DNA of 64,000 bases from Candidatus Latescibacterota bacterium (GCA_965217585.1 OZ244561.1:2528001-2592000); one strand, 5' to 3'. Shown: positions 38,364 to 49,073, counted from the first letter of the stretch. The notes: generated from the sequence alone by a model not told the origin. Program-made: numbers and translations.

Positions 38364-41102
38364 GTGCGCTCATCGGCGCTATTGCTGAACTCGACAAGAA
38401 CCCGAGTGCCGCGCGGCGTAGGTAGGGAGCGCCGCGAGCGGGGATGGGTCGGCGCTCAACGGCTAACGGACCCCCTCCGCGCGGCACTCGTCTGTTCCGC
38501 GTTGACGTTGTCGGCGGTATGTCTGTGCTGGGGACAGGAGGGGTATTCGCTGGATTCAGGCAGGGTGGTCGTCGATTCCAGGGCGCATTGGGAACGCTGG
38601 CACTCCGCTGCCAACACGGTCCAGATCAGCGATGAGGGAGTGAAACCCGCCTTCATCCGCAAGCACACGAGACTGGAAATAGAAGATGAGGAAGTCGTCG
38701 TTCCCGGCATCAACGCCGTCCTCAATGCCGTCGATTTCGGCGGCGGTGTATTAGATGCCGGATCCAATCGCTCGAGCGGCATCGATCTCATGGATGGAAG
38801 GATGGACACCTTCTGGGAACCGGACCCCTCCGACCTGTTGCAGGACTGGTGGGTGCAGATCGATCTGGGGCGGACGGTATCGGCCACCAGGATCGTCCTC
38901 AAGTTTGTCGGTGAAGATCTGGGAGACCCTTTTCTGCAGTTCAAGGCGACCACCTCACAGGGACAGAAAACGCTCGGTCAGCTCCTTTTCCGGACGCGCT
39001 TCACCACGGACAAACCGATCAAGAACGAGCGGGTTTTCGAGATCGATCTGACCAAACAGCTACCGACGAAGTGGCCCGATGCACGGGGCGACTTCACCGG
39101 CGACGTCATCCAATACGTCGGGGTGGGGATCACGGACAGCGACTTCGGCAGGGCGAGGCAGGTTTCCCAGTCCGAATACGATAGTCTGCCAGCCGACCAA
39201 CAGGGAGAGATAGACTACTTCCGACGAGAGGCATCGGGGGAGGTGAGGTTGCTGGATGGGAAAGAGGATTGGGAAGCTCTGGCAGGCACGGAGAGGCAGG
39301 GGCCGGTAGTCTACTACCGCCGCGAAATACCCAGGCTGGCCGAGATCGAGGTCTGGACCATCGGCGACAACATCGGCACGGGCGTACTGGAGCGGGGCGG
39401 CAGGGTGACCGCCCGGGAGAATGTCAACAAGGGGGCGGCCGTGGTAGATGGGGACCTCTTCGGCGAGGTCGTGTTCTGGTCTGCCAACGGGAGTTACGAT
39501 CCCAACAAGTTGCCGATTGCGGATCCGCGGGATGCGGAGCGCTCGATGTTCATAGATCTCGGAGGCTCCTACTTTGTGGACAATATCAGAATACTCCACG
39601 CCCTCCCCAACCCACCTCCGTTCAGAGCCTACCGCATTCAGCTCTCGGACGGCTCCACCAATGCCGGCGGCGAACTGGCCTGGAAGACGGTGGGGTCGCT
39701 CAGCGACATCGTGCGGGGGCAGAATTTCCACGACTTCAAGTTCCCGCTCACGAAGGTCGAGCATTTTGCCTTTACCTATAGGCTCCACGACCGCTCCACG
39801 TACGAGCCCGGGCAAGGGAGCCACGGGGTGTCGGAGGTCCAGTTTTTCGGGGAAGGGTTCCTGCCGGAGTCGCAGATCTCGTCTGAGTTCGGAGGGGAGG
39901 CCCCGTTCATAGAGGTGGCGCGGACCCCTCGGAACCTAGCTTCCATCGAGTGGGAGGCCGACGTGCCACCGGGTGCGAATCTAATCTTGCAAACCCGAAC
40001 CGGCGATACGGTCGAGAGCATAACCCGCTACTACAAGAAGAACGGGGATCAATACCCGGGCACCGAAGAGGAGGCGGCCAAGGCCTGGGAGACGGACAAG
40101 AAGTTCTTCGGGGATGCTTCGGTAGGGCCGGTCTTAACCGAGACGCGCCCGGGCAATGACTGGAGCGGCTGGAGTCAGCCTTACTTCGATTCAGGCGCAA
40201 AGATTACCTCGCCCAGTCCCAGACGGTTCGTCGCCATCAGGGCAATCTTCCTGACAGAAGACCCCAAGGCGGCGACCACGCTGCGTTCGGTGGCGCTGAA
40301 CTTCGTGACGCCGGTGGCCGGCGCGATCGTGGGCGAGATACTGCCCTCGCGTCTGGAGGAGATCGGCACGAAGCAGCAAATGTCGTATTTCATCCGTTCG
40401 ACCTTCAAGGCGGGCAGTAGGGGGTTCGACGAGATCCTCATCGAGGCGCCCGACGGCGTCGACATGAAGCTGAAACAGGTGAATGTAGACGTGACGGGGC
40501 AGGACGCCGCAACGTATACGGCGGAGAGCGAGGGGTTCGAGGTGGTGATGGAGACGGATTCGCTGTGGGTGCGTCTGCCGGCTGCGATCAAGACGACGAG
40601 TGGATCAGCGCTGGTGGAGCTTCAGTTCGAGGCGACCATATTCGGGTACAACACGTTTTTCATCGGCTCCATGGGGAACTCGGCGTTCGAAAACTCGTGG
40701 CAGCGGGTGGATGACGGCGATGCCAACGGGGTTGTGGACAGCGAGACGACGGTGGTGTTGGCGCTGGAGCGCGGCCAGTTGCTGGGGGATCTGCAGGTCG
40801 ATCGCGTTTTCACGCCCAATGGCGACGGCGTCAACGACGAGCTGGAGGTCAGTTTTTCGCTGATGCGGGTGCTCAGTTCGGCGCCGGTCCAAGTGGACGT
40901 GTACGATCTGGCCGGCCGGCCGGTGGCGCGTATAGCCGAGACGACCATAACGGCAGGCCGTCATACGGTGACGTGGACGGGCGTCGACCAGTCGGGAGCG
41001 GTCGTGCCACCGGGGATCTATCTGATGTGCATCGACCTAAAAGTGGATTCGACATCCGAGAAGAAAACCTCGGTCCATCGATTGGTGCGCGTCGCCTACT
41101 AG
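38364..41102 (+). CDS. Large secreted protein: discoidin-like domains + C-terminal FlgD-Ig/CHU_C-like domain (paralogue 1)
   Basis: AAGGAG before GTG 38364 (start uncertain); WVQIDLG, FIDLG, WSGWSQPY..SPSPRRF, FTPNGDGVND..YDLAGR..W.G.DQSG.VVPPGIY..VAY. Confidence 0.75.
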   Translation: MRSSALLLNSTRTRVPRGVGRERRERGWVGAQRLTDPLRAALVCSALTLSAVCLCWGQEGYSLDSGRVVVDSRAHWERWHSAANTVQISDEGVKPAFIRKHTRLEIEDEEVVVPGINAVLNAVDFGGGVLDAGSNRSSGIDLMDGRMDTFWEPDPSDLLQDWWVQIDLGRTVSATRIVLKFVGEDLGDPFLQFKATTSQGQKTLGQLLFRTRFTTDKPIKNERVFEIDLTKQLPTKWPDARGDFTGDVIQYVGVGITDSDFGRARQVSQSEYDSLPADQQGEIDYFRREASGEVRLLDGKEDWEALAGTERQGPVVYYRREIPRLAEIEVWTIGDNIGTGVLERGGRVTARENVNKGAAVVDGDLFGEVVFWSANGSYDPNKLPIADPRDAERSMFIDLGGSYFVDNIRILHALPNPPPFRAYRIQLSDGSTNAGGELAWKTVGSLSDIVRGQNFHDFKFPLTKVEHFAFTYRLHDRSTYEPGQGSHGVSEVQFFGEGFLPESQISSEFGGEAPFIEVARTPRNLASIEWEADVPPGANLILQTRTGDTVESITRYYKKNGDQYPGTEEEAAKAWETDKKFFGDASVGPVLTETRPGNDWSGWSQPYFDSGAKITSPSPRRFVAIRAIFLTEDPKAATTLRSVALNFVTPVAGAIVGEILPSRLEEIGTKQQMSYFIRSTFKAGSRGFDEILIEAPDGVDMKLKQVNVDVTGQDAATYTAESEGFEVVMETDSLWVRLPAAIKTTSGSALVELQFEATIFGYNTFFIGSMGNSAFENSWQRVDDGDANGVVDSETTVVLALERGQLLGDLQVDRVFTPNGDGVNDELEVSFSLMRVLSSAPVQVDVYDLAGRPVARIAETTITAGRHTVTWTGVDQSGAVVPPGIYLMCIDLKVDSTSEKKTSVHRLVRVAY

Positions 41103-41140
41103 TCTCCGCGACAGGACACCAAGGAGCCCGTGTTCAGCAA

Positions 41141-42886
41141 GTGATAACTGGAACATCACCTCATAGAGCAGTGGCCCTGCCCGTTCTGTCCGTAGCTCTC
41201 CTCGGACTTGCGGCGGCAGGCAATGGAGAGACGATCGTCTTCGGAGGTGGCCCGGGTTCCCGCGCCTGGGATCAGGCACATTCTGACATAACGGTCATCG
41301 ATTTCGAAGCCAATCCCGGTTCCATTCAACCTTTACAGAATGATCCTGAAGAGAATATTTCCCTGAAGTTGATCGAAAGGGGGGGGCAAATAACGTCGCC
41401 AAATGCGCGCACGGTCCTCGAAGTCATCCAGAGTGAATTCGAGGACTTGTTGGACAACATGGTGGACGGCAGGAACACGGCCTTCGAAATCAAGATCCCG
41501 TCAGCCACAGGGATCATACTGAGATTTGATCTGGGCGAGCGTTTCGGAATCAACAGGATCAGATTTTTCCCCCGCGAAGGGTTTGAGGAGTTCTTCCTGA
41601 AGGGTTACCTGGTGAGGCTGAACGACGGCAGCGAGGAGCAGAAGACCGTTTCCGGAAATCCCGATCTCAGACTCTTCAAGACAGTCGAGCGCAATCTCGA
41701 CCCGGTCGTCGACCTAGCTGTGCCGCTGCAGTTCGTGCGTTTCATAGAAGTGAAACAGCTCGTTCGAGGGGAATGGGAGATCGACGAGTTTGAGATCTTC
41801 GGCGAAGGTTTCACATCTGCTGCTGCGTACACTTCGAATGTGTTCGATGAGGATCGGCCCGCCGTCTTCGGCGGTATAACGTGGGCAAAGGAGACGATAG
41901 GAGAGCCTACCAAGGTATCTGCTACCGTATCCACCCGGAGTGGCCGCACGCCGGACCCGAGCGATAACCTGGAGTGGAGCGGATGGTCTCCTCCCTATCC
42001 GGCCGGAGTCCGTACACAGATCGTATCACCTGCACCCCGCCAGTACTGGCAGTTTCGCGTTCTGTTCCAGAGCAGCGACATCCTTTCGGCAGCGACGGTC
42101 GATTCGATCGCCGTGGAGGTCTCGCCAGCGCTGGCCGATTCCGTGGTGGGGGAGGTGTGGCCCCAGGACGCCGTGATCGGGCAGGCGACCGAGCTGACCT
42201 ACTGGGTGCGCAGCTACAACAGCAGCGGCTTCGACCAACTCGACATCAAGACGCAGGCACCGGTGGAGGTCATCCGATCCGTCCAGATCGACGGGACCGA
42301 CGTGGCATGGGACAAGGAGGACACCGAAGAAGAAGACGGCGACATCGTCGGCGTCCGAATCAGCTTCCCGAGGATCACCGGTGACGACCGGCTGCTGCGC
42401 GTCGTGTTCGAGAGTATCGCGCTGCACTACAACACCGTCTTCGTCGGCAAGGTCTTCGATACCCGGAGACCGCAGAACCTGCCGCAGACGCTCGTCCCGG
42501 GAGACGTGGGCGCTGACCCCGTCGCCGAGGGCGACGACCTGTCGGTCACCACCCAGGTCGCCGACAACCGCATCCACTTCCTCGAGGTTGCCCCGGCTCC
42601 GTTTACGCCCAATGGCGATGGAGTTAACGACCAAGCCATCGTCACCTACGATATCGTTAACCTGACAGACGGTACTCCGGTGTCGGTACAAGTCTACGAC
42701 CTCGCCGGCAGCCTCAGAAGGGTGATCTACTCCGACCTCGACATCAGTGGAAGATATCAGAGAGTCTGGGACGGCGCGGACGACAACGGACAAATGCTAT
42801 CGCCGGGAGTCTACCTCGTGCGCGTGGAAGTCGCTGCAGATACAGATAAGGAGAGCAAGACTGCGATCGTGCCTTTGGTCTATTGA
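41141..42886 (+). CDS. Secreted FlgD-Ig/CHU_C-like domain protein (paralogue 2)
   Basis: Signal peptide, RFDLGERF, WSGWSPPY..SPAPRQY, PFTPNGDGVND..YDLAG..WDG.DDNG..PGVY..LVY; start approximate. Confidence 0.75.
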   Translation: MITGTSPHRAVALPVLSVALLGLAAAGNGETIVFGGGPGSRAWDQAHSDITVIDFEANPGSIQPLQNDPEENISLKLIERGGQITSPNARTVLEVIQSEFEDLLDNMVDGRNTAFEIKIPSATGIILRFDLGERFGINRIRFFPREGFEEFFLKGYLVRLNDGSEEQKTVSGNPDLRLFKTVERNLDPVVDLAVPLQFVRFIEVKQLVRGEWEIDEFEIFGEGFTSAAAYTSNVFDEDRPAVFGGITWAKETIGEPTKVSATVSTRSGRTPDPSDNLEWSGWSPPYPAGVRTQIVSPAPRQYWQFRVLFQSSDILSAATVDSIAVEVSPALADSVVGEVWPQDAVIGQATELTYWVRSYNSSGFDQLDIKTQAPVEVIRSVQIDGTDVAWDKEDTEEEDGDIVGVRISFPRITGDDRLLRVVFESIALHYNTVFVGKVFDTRRPQNLPQTLVPGDVGADPVAEGDDLSVTTQVADNRIHFLEVAPAPFTPNGDGVNDQAIVTYDIVNLTDGTPVSVQVYDLAGSLRRVIYSDLDISGRYQRVWDGADDNGQMLSPGVYLVRVEVAADTDKESKTAIVPLVY

Positions 42887-42914
42887 TTTTTCGCGAAAGA
42901 TAGGGGGGAGTCAC

Positions 42915-45623
42915 ATGGTAACCGGTCATACATTCAGAGCCGCGATGCGCCCGGTCGGTACGCTGGCCATATGGTGCACCATCGTCTCGGCAATTCTGCT
43001 GCACAGTACTCGCTCGGAAGCCCAGGGTCCCGATCGCGATCGGATAAAGGGGTTTCGCCGCGGCGGCGAGCTCACGTTCGAACCGACGGGGCCCGGCGTC
43101 CTGTTCGGCGCTCTAGACCCCGCGGTCAAGAAGTGGTACGTCCCACAGGAGCTGTTTCGCGAATATCAGTGGAAGCAGTGGGAGTACAGCAACTACGCGA
43201 GAGATCACTACCAGCGCTATGTATCGACCAATCTCGAGGGGGACTACTTCTACGACATCTACGGTTCGTACATCACCAGAGGATGGCTGATCTACGACTG
43301 GAGCCAGACCCAGCCCCAGCAGGGGGGAAGCAACCTGTTCAAGACCGGACGGTTCCGGAGTTTCTTCAGCAATCTGGTCATAGCCTCCGATCAGAAGGGA
43401 CAGCACAATCTGGCCATCACCATAGGCGACGAAATCCGGTCGACCCTGACCCCGATGACCTTCTCCAAGCCGGCGTTCGACGGCATTCAGGTGGACTATC
43501 AGTCCGACAAGTACGAAGTAACGGCGCTCCTCTCGCGGATCAGCTCGCCGGGTGCCGCCGGCCCGCGAAGCCCCAATAACCAGCAGACGAGCTCGACGAC
43601 CCTGACCGGCCGACGCGCGACGACCCAGATTGGAGATTATCTCAAACTCGGTGCCAACCACGTGAGCGCCCACAACTCCTCTCAGCTCCTCGACGCCTTC
43701 GAGGGCAGCCCGCGAAGCGGTTCGATCACCTCCAGTCAGAACGCGGAGAACGTCACCCAGGTCTTCGTGCGACTCTCGGACGACTCGCCAGAGGACAACG
43801 AAGGCGGCGCCACGCTATTCGCGTGGGACATGATCATAGAGGCCGACGTCGAAACGATCGATGAAGCGGGGGATGTGAGTTTCGAGAGGGAGACCGTCCG
43901 GGCCAGCGAAGTCGGGCTGATTCCCGCGCCCCAGGGCGGCTTTCAGAGGCTGGGGTTCTGGGAGGCGAACGGCTCCGAGCAGATCGAACTGGTCTACGAC
44001 TTCTCGGTGGCGACGTACACAGGCCCGGATCCGTCAGAGATAAGAATGGTGACATTCGAGCTGGTAGTCGCCAACGACTACAGAATCGAGATGACCTCGG
44101 ACCGCCAGTTCGACAGGCAGTTGGCCAACGTCTACCTGCTGGCTGCCAGAGCCGATGAAAACGTCAAGGATGGCTCCAACCTGACAGTCCTGAAGATCCC
44201 GTATGGTCTGCCGACGGCCACCGAGATATTCGGATTTACGCTGGAGGCGACCCGCCTCTGGGGATTCGACTTGTACGGAGAATGGGACCGCAGCGTGAGT
44301 TACAGGAAGTACCCCAACAGGGCGCACACCAAGCACCTAGGGGCCTCTGACCAAGGCGATGGCTGGATGTTGAATCTATCGAAGATCGCCCATCCGTTCT
44401 TCTTCTTCAGCGAAGCCTACAGCATGGCCCACAACTACAACACCAGCGCCATACTGGCCAGGGGCGAGACCAACATAGACTACTCGGACGAGGGGAGGTT
44501 CTTCTACGAGCTCGTCGACGACAACGACGATCAGGACCGATTCCCCGACTGGCAGAGGATATTCCAAAACATAGACATCGAGGTGTTTCCCGGGTACGAC
44601 GAAAACCTCGACTTCATATCCGATTTCAACCAGAACGACAGCGAAGACCTTCCCAATCTCGTCCCGGACTACGACGAGCCGTTCTTGAGATACGGAACAG
44701 ACAGGCCGGAGTACTTGTTCGGATTAGACATGAACAACAACATCTGGGTAGATCGGTTCGAAAACGACGATGAGCCGGATTTTCCCTACCCGAGGGACCA
44801 CAAAGGATACAACATCTACGGCGGCGTCGACCTGCTTCCGGGCATCAGGCTGACCGTCGGACGAACGGATGAGAGGCTGATTGCAGGTGACGGGGAGAAC
44901 ACGACTAACTACGTGCTCTTCGCCCTGGAACGGGACTATCCGGGTCTTGGAAGGCTGACGATCTACGAGAACTTCAGAATCGCGCAGGACAACATCGAGA
45001 ACGATCTTCGCCAGTGGAACGAGTTCGAGAGGCGGAACGTTCCAACCGTCGATCCCCTGGCGGCTCAGGACACGTGGATAAACTCCACGTTCATGAGCTT
45101 CAAGTACACCAAGATCGAGGATGTGAATTTCGTAAGTAAGTTCAAATACGATCGCTGGCACCAGAACGAACGACAGCCCGATCTGCGCGAGGACTACACC
45201 TTCTTCGGTCTCATCAACAAGGTGGACCTCGAGCGCAAGGTCGCCTATGTCGATCTTATGCCGAGAATAAAGAACGAGCTCAGGCTGGAGGCTCCGGCGC
45301 TCAGGTCTGATCCCGAGCGCAGGGAAGACACGCTGCAACTCTCCCTGCTGGCGCGATGGCCGCTGTTCTCTTCTTCCACCATGCAGGCCGGTGTGGAGTA
45401 CACGATCTTCAACCAGCTGCGCAAATCGGAGACCGCGGCCAAGGAGGGACTGCTCGACGATTTCACCGAGATCGTCGGAGCGGTGCAGTTCTCGAACGTC
45501 ACCAATTACTTGGGTTACCGGCTGTTGACGAACATGGGTATGAGATTGACCAGAAGATCGATAGATGACGAGACCGAGACGGGCAGCGTGTCCTTTGCCA
45601 CGATGTACGCCGGTCTAGATTAG
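42915..45623 (+). CDS. Large exported protein, putative outer-membrane beta-barrel with Asp-rich loops
   Basis: GGGGAG RBS, signal peptide to SEA-Q, amphipathic strands in the C-terminal third ending FATMYAGLD; DxDxD-like loops. Confidence 0.55.
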   Translation: MVTGHTFRAAMRPVGTLAIWCTIVSAILLHSTRSEAQGPDRDRIKGFRRGGELTFEPTGPGVLFGALDPAVKKWYVPQELFREYQWKQWEYSNYARDHYQRYVSTNLEGDYFYDIYGSYITRGWLIYDWSQTQPQQGGSNLFKTGRFRSFFSNLVIASDQKGQHNLAITIGDEIRSTLTPMTFSKPAFDGIQVDYQSDKYEVTALLSRISSPGAAGPRSPNNQQTSSTTLTGRRATTQIGDYLKLGANHVSAHNSSQLLDAFEGSPRSGSITSSQNAENVTQVFVRLSDDSPEDNEGGATLFAWDMIIEADVETIDEAGDVSFERETVRASEVGLIPAPQGGFQRLGFWEANGSEQIELVYDFSVATYTGPDPSEIRMVTFELVVANDYRIEMTSDRQFDRQLANVYLLAARADENVKDGSNLTVLKIPYGLPTATEIFGFTLEATRLWGFDLYGEWDRSVSYRKYPNRAHTKHLGASDQGDGWMLNLSKIAHPFFFFSEAYSMAHNYNTSAILARGETNIDYSDEGRFFYELVDDNDDQDRFPDWQRIFQNIDIEVFPGYDENLDFISDFNQNDSEDLPNLVPDYDEPFLRYGTDRPEYLFGLDMNNNIWVDRFENDDEPDFPYPRDHKGYNIYGGVDLLPGIRLTVGRTDERLIAGDGENTTNYVLFALERDYPGLGRLTIYENFRIAQDNIENDLRQWNEFERRNVPTVDPLAAQDTWINSTFMSFKYTKIEDVNFVSKFKYDRWHQNERQPDLREDYTFFGLINKVDLERKVAYVDLMPRIKNELRLEAPALRSDPERREDTLQLSLLARWPLFSSSTMQAGVEYTIFNQLRKSETAAKEGLLDDFTEIVGAVQFSNVTNYLGYRLLTNMGMRLTRRSIDDETETGSVSFATMYAGLD

Positions 45624-45655
45624 GACATAGACGCGAGCTTGAGTGGAGGTGTACG

Positions 45656-47317
45656 ATGCGCGCTTTTTCTATCTCCTACGGAGCGCTAGGCAGCCTAGCG
45701 CTCCTTTTAATTTGCACAGGCTGCGGACCGCAGGATGAAAATCCCACGGTCGCGGAGGTTGGAGACCAGACGATCACTGTACAGGACGTGCGGGATTTCC
45801 TCGCCAAACTGCCCGAGCACGCCAAGGGCGAGGAGGCCTGGAAGGTGCCGTTGAGAGACCATCTGCAGACCATGATCGACATAGAACTGCTGCTGATGGA
45901 AGCCCGAAGCCAAGGCCTCGAGAGGAGTTCCGCCTACCTGACCAGGATGATCCGGATCAGGAAGGCGAAGCTCGTCAGTGAGTACGAGCGAAGAACGATC
46001 GACGCAACGGTAGAAGACGGTGACGTAGAAGAGTACATAGACCGGGAGGGGCTCGCCCGCGCTGTCAGACTAGGCGACATCCTGGTCGCCGACCTCGAGA
46101 CGGCAGAGAAGGCCGCGAGGGAGATCGAGGGAGGTGCGAGCTTCGCGGACGTCGCGAGGAAGCTGTCGATGAACGAAGAGACCGCTGCCCGGGGCGGGGA
46201 CACAGGCCGGTTCTCCACCAGGTACGAGATGATTCCCGGCCTCGCCGAGAAGCTGTTCGGGCTCGCGGTAGGTTCGGTGTCGGATCCGGTTCGAATCGGT
46301 AATCGATACGCCGTCTTCAAGATCCTCGATGAGACGACCGTTCAGTTCAATCCGCGGCAGCGGATAAAAATCGCTGAAGAACTCCAGCGAAAGAAGCATG
46401 GAATCGCGAAGGCCGAGCTGGTGGCGGAATTGAGGGATAAATACCGCCTCGAGCCGGTCCGAGACGGCATAGCCGCTGCCGTTGAGGCACTGCGCCCCGG
46501 TGCGGCGGACGTCGGCCACGACCCCTCTGCGATCGCACTCTACCAGTACGACGGCGGAGAGATTACCGCTGCCGACCTCATCGGCGCGGCCAAAAGCCGC
46601 AAGGGCAATGTCCTGGAGACACTCCGCGACGCCGAGCAGGTGGTCTCCTTCGCCGAGCAGTACATCGTCCCGGACATGATGATTCAGGAGGCGGCTGTGC
46701 ACCAGGGGATCGATCGCGAAGAGGAGGTGGCCCGATGGCTCGAAGAGCAGGGAAAGCAGTTGTTGGTACGGGTCCTCAGGTCCAAGGTGTTAACGGAGAG
46801 AGTGACTATCGCGGAAGACGACCTGCGCCAGTACTACGAGGCCAACGCTGAGAGATTCCTGCATCCCGAACAGACCGAGGTGCAGGAGATCCTCGTAAGA
46901 ACAGAAATAGAAGCACTGTGGTTGAAAGGGATGATCGAGGACGGCGCCGCCTTTGGCGACCTGGCGAGGAGACATTCGGTTCGATCGCTCGAGGTGCGTG
47001 ATGACGAAGGTCGATTCCACGTGCACCGTTACGAATCACCCCAGTTCGGCGGTTTCGTGGAAGCTGCGGTCGAAGCCGAAATCGGCGAGCTCACGGGACC
47101 GGTCAAGGTGCAGGAGGGCTACTCCATCTTCAAGGTGCTCTCCCGGGAACGCAAGCGCGAGACCTTCGCCGAAGCTGAGATGAGGGTCAGATCTCAGCTC
47201 AGACGCCAGAGACACCGGAACGCGTTCAACGAGTACATGGAGGAACTGCGCAGCCGCTACGAGTCAGAGGTGTCAACCCACGAGGACAGGCTCGAGGCAG
47301 CGTTTACCGTACCGTAG
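45656..47317 (+). CDS. PpiC/SurA/PrsA-type peptidyl-prolyl isomerase, lipoprotein, two parvulin domains
   Basis: Lipobox CTG-C; VAEVG..IT; GASFADVARKLS..GGDTG; GAAFGDLARRHS; GPVKVQEGYSIFKV. Confidence 0.88.
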   Translation: MRAFSISYGALGSLALLLICTGCGPQDENPTVAEVGDQTITVQDVRDFLAKLPEHAKGEEAWKVPLRDHLQTMIDIELLLMEARSQGLERSSAYLTRMIRIRKAKLVSEYERRTIDATVEDGDVEEYIDREGLARAVRLGDILVADLETAEKAAREIEGGASFADVARKLSMNEETAARGGDTGRFSTRYEMIPGLAEKLFGLAVGSVSDPVRIGNRYAVFKILDETTVQFNPRQRIKIAEELQRKKHGIAKAELVAELRDKYRLEPVRDGIAAAVEALRPGAADVGHDPSAIALYQYDGGEITAADLIGAAKSRKGNVLETLRDAEQVVSFAEQYIVPDMMIQEAAVHQGIDREEEVARWLEEQGKQLLVRVLRSKVLTERVTIAEDDLRQYYEANAERFLHPEQTEVQEILVRTEIEALWLKGMIEDGAAFGDLARRHSVRSLEVRDDEGRFHVHRYESPQFGGFVEAAVEAEIGELTGPVKVQEGYSIFKVLSRERKRETFAEAEMRVRSQLRRQRHRNAFNEYMEELRSRYESEVSTHEDRLEAAFTVP

Positions 47318-47438
47318 TTGTGAGATACGCGAACTTTGTTTAGTTTGCCGCCGTAGCGGTGTTCTCGGTAGCGTGAATGGGTTGAGTGGGACGGAGAAAT
47401 ACCAGAAAACACCGTCCAGAATCCATTGAGGTCTAACT

Positions 47439-49073
47439 ATGGGTATCGACACCTACACCGTGAACCACTGGAACGAGGCGACGCACGTACACGAGCCCTC
47501 GATCCTTACCATAGAGCAGGACTTCACCTTCGACGCGCTCGGGTTCGTCGTGCTGCCGCAACTCCTCAGCCAGGCCGAGCTGTCCGCGTGCCGCGACAGC
47601 GGCGATGGGCTGGGCGATCTCTGCAGCGAGGCCGGCGCCGTCGGACGCTACGTGCGCGAGCTGTGCGGCGATGGCTTTCGCCAGGACGGCCTTGCGAGGC
47701 ACGTCCCTGCCGCCGCCGCAGGAGGGTACGACGAAGCCTCGCTGCCACTGGAAGGCGGGGTGCACACGCTGGACCGGGCGTACATCAACCTAGCGGGGTG
47801 GAATGGCCGCAACGCCGACGGAACTCAGCTCCCGCGGGCCGGCGGCGCCTGGGAAGAGGTCCGCATCCGGCAGTGCCAGGGGCTGGTGGTGGCCATCGCC
47901 CTCACGGACTCCGCAGAAGGCAAGTGCCCGCTGGTGGTCGTGCCCTCCTCGCACAAGAGCGGGCTGCCTGCCCCACCGCTTCCATCCTCCAGCCGCTTCG
48001 CCGAGCGCCCGGCGCTGGCGGCGGGCGACGTGCTGCTGTGCGCCGCCAGCACGCTGCACGGGGTCTGCCCGCAGGGTGATGAGGGCGAGCTACTCGTGGT
48101 AAATTTCATCTCGCGCACGGCTCGGCCACAGGGGCCACCTGACCAGCAGGACCAGCAGCCCCTGCCCGCATGGGCGGAAGGGCTGGGCGAGGCCGAGCAA
48201 ACCGTGCTGGCGGGCGGCGACTCGCGTCGCCTGCTCCTATCGGACGGCACTACCACCTGGCTTACCTCCGCCGCCGATGCCGACGCGGCGCAGAGGGCCT
48301 CCTCTGCCATCGAGTTCGAACGCCGAGATGATCATGCCGAGCGCTGGGCGTTTGACACCCAGGGCTTCCTGTTGGTCGAGGGCGTCATGGACGATGATTG
48401 GGTCGATGCGGCCGTGGCGGGCATCGACGCCAACCTCGACCGTCTGGTGTACCGGGGCGCAGGCGACAAGCTTGACGGGGACGTGACGCTTGCCGACATC
48501 CCTGGGGCGCCGACGATCTCGGGCACGGGCCGGCCGGACCTGAAGGACTTGTTTCAGCTACCGGCGCCGCACAATGCGCCTTTCCTCAAAATGCTGGCGC
48601 ATCCGGCCGTCATCCAGCGCCTGAACTGGATGATTGGACCAGGGTACAGGGTAACTCAGAACACGGCCCTGGGCCACGTCAAAGGCTCGAGCGGGCAGAT
48701 GCTGCACTCGGGGAACGCCAACCCGACCTGCATCGGCAAGCACTACGAGATGGTAAACGGGCGCGTGCACACGAGGTCGGGCATCAACGTCGCCTGGCAG
48801 CTCACCGACGTCGGGCCCGACGATGGCGGATTTGTCGTAGTGCCGGGCAGTCACAAATCGTGCTACCCCTTGCCGCATTCGGTGCGGGTCTGCAACGAGC
48901 GCGCGCCGATCCGCCACATTCCAATGCGTCGCGGGTCTGTTCTCTTCTTTTTGGGAGGGACGGTCTGTCACGGGGCGTACCGCTGGGAGGCTGAGTCACC
49001 GAGGCGGACAGCGCTCTTCACGTACGGGCACGACGGCCGGCACCCTTTTGCATGGCCCTCGAGCAAACTGTGA
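47439..49073 (+). CDS. Tandem-domain PhyH-family Fe(II)/2OG oxygenase (HxG variant)
   Basis: Two repeats beginning FDxxGF; LTD...VVPSSHKS / LTD..DGGFVVVPGSHKS; LHSG and CHG..W...RR in domain 2. Confidence 0.75.
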   Translation: MGIDTYTVNHWNEATHVHEPSILTIEQDFTFDALGFVVLPQLLSQAELSACRDSGDGLGDLCSEAGAVGRYVRELCGDGFRQDGLARHVPAAAAGGYDEASLPLEGGVHTLDRAYINLAGWNGRNADGTQLPRAGGAWEEVRIRQCQGLVVAIALTDSAEGKCPLVVVPSSHKSGLPAPPLPSSSRFAERPALAAGDVLLCAASTLHGVCPQGDEGELLVVNFISRTARPQGPPDQQDQQPLPAWAEGLGEAEQTVLAGGDSRRLLLSDGTTTWLTSAADADAAQRASSAIEFERRDDHAERWAFDTQGFLLVEGVMDDDWVDAAVAGIDANLDRLVYRGAGDKLDGDVTLADIPGAPTISGTGRPDLKDLFQLPAPHNAPFLKMLAHPAVIQRLNWMIGPGYRVTQNTALGHVKGSSGQMLHSGNANPTCIGKHYEMVNGRVHTRSGINVAWQLTDVGPDDGGFVVVPGSHKSCYPLPHSVRVCNERAPIRHIPMRRGSVLFFLGGTVCHGAYRWEAESPRRTALFTYGHDGRHPFAWPSSKL

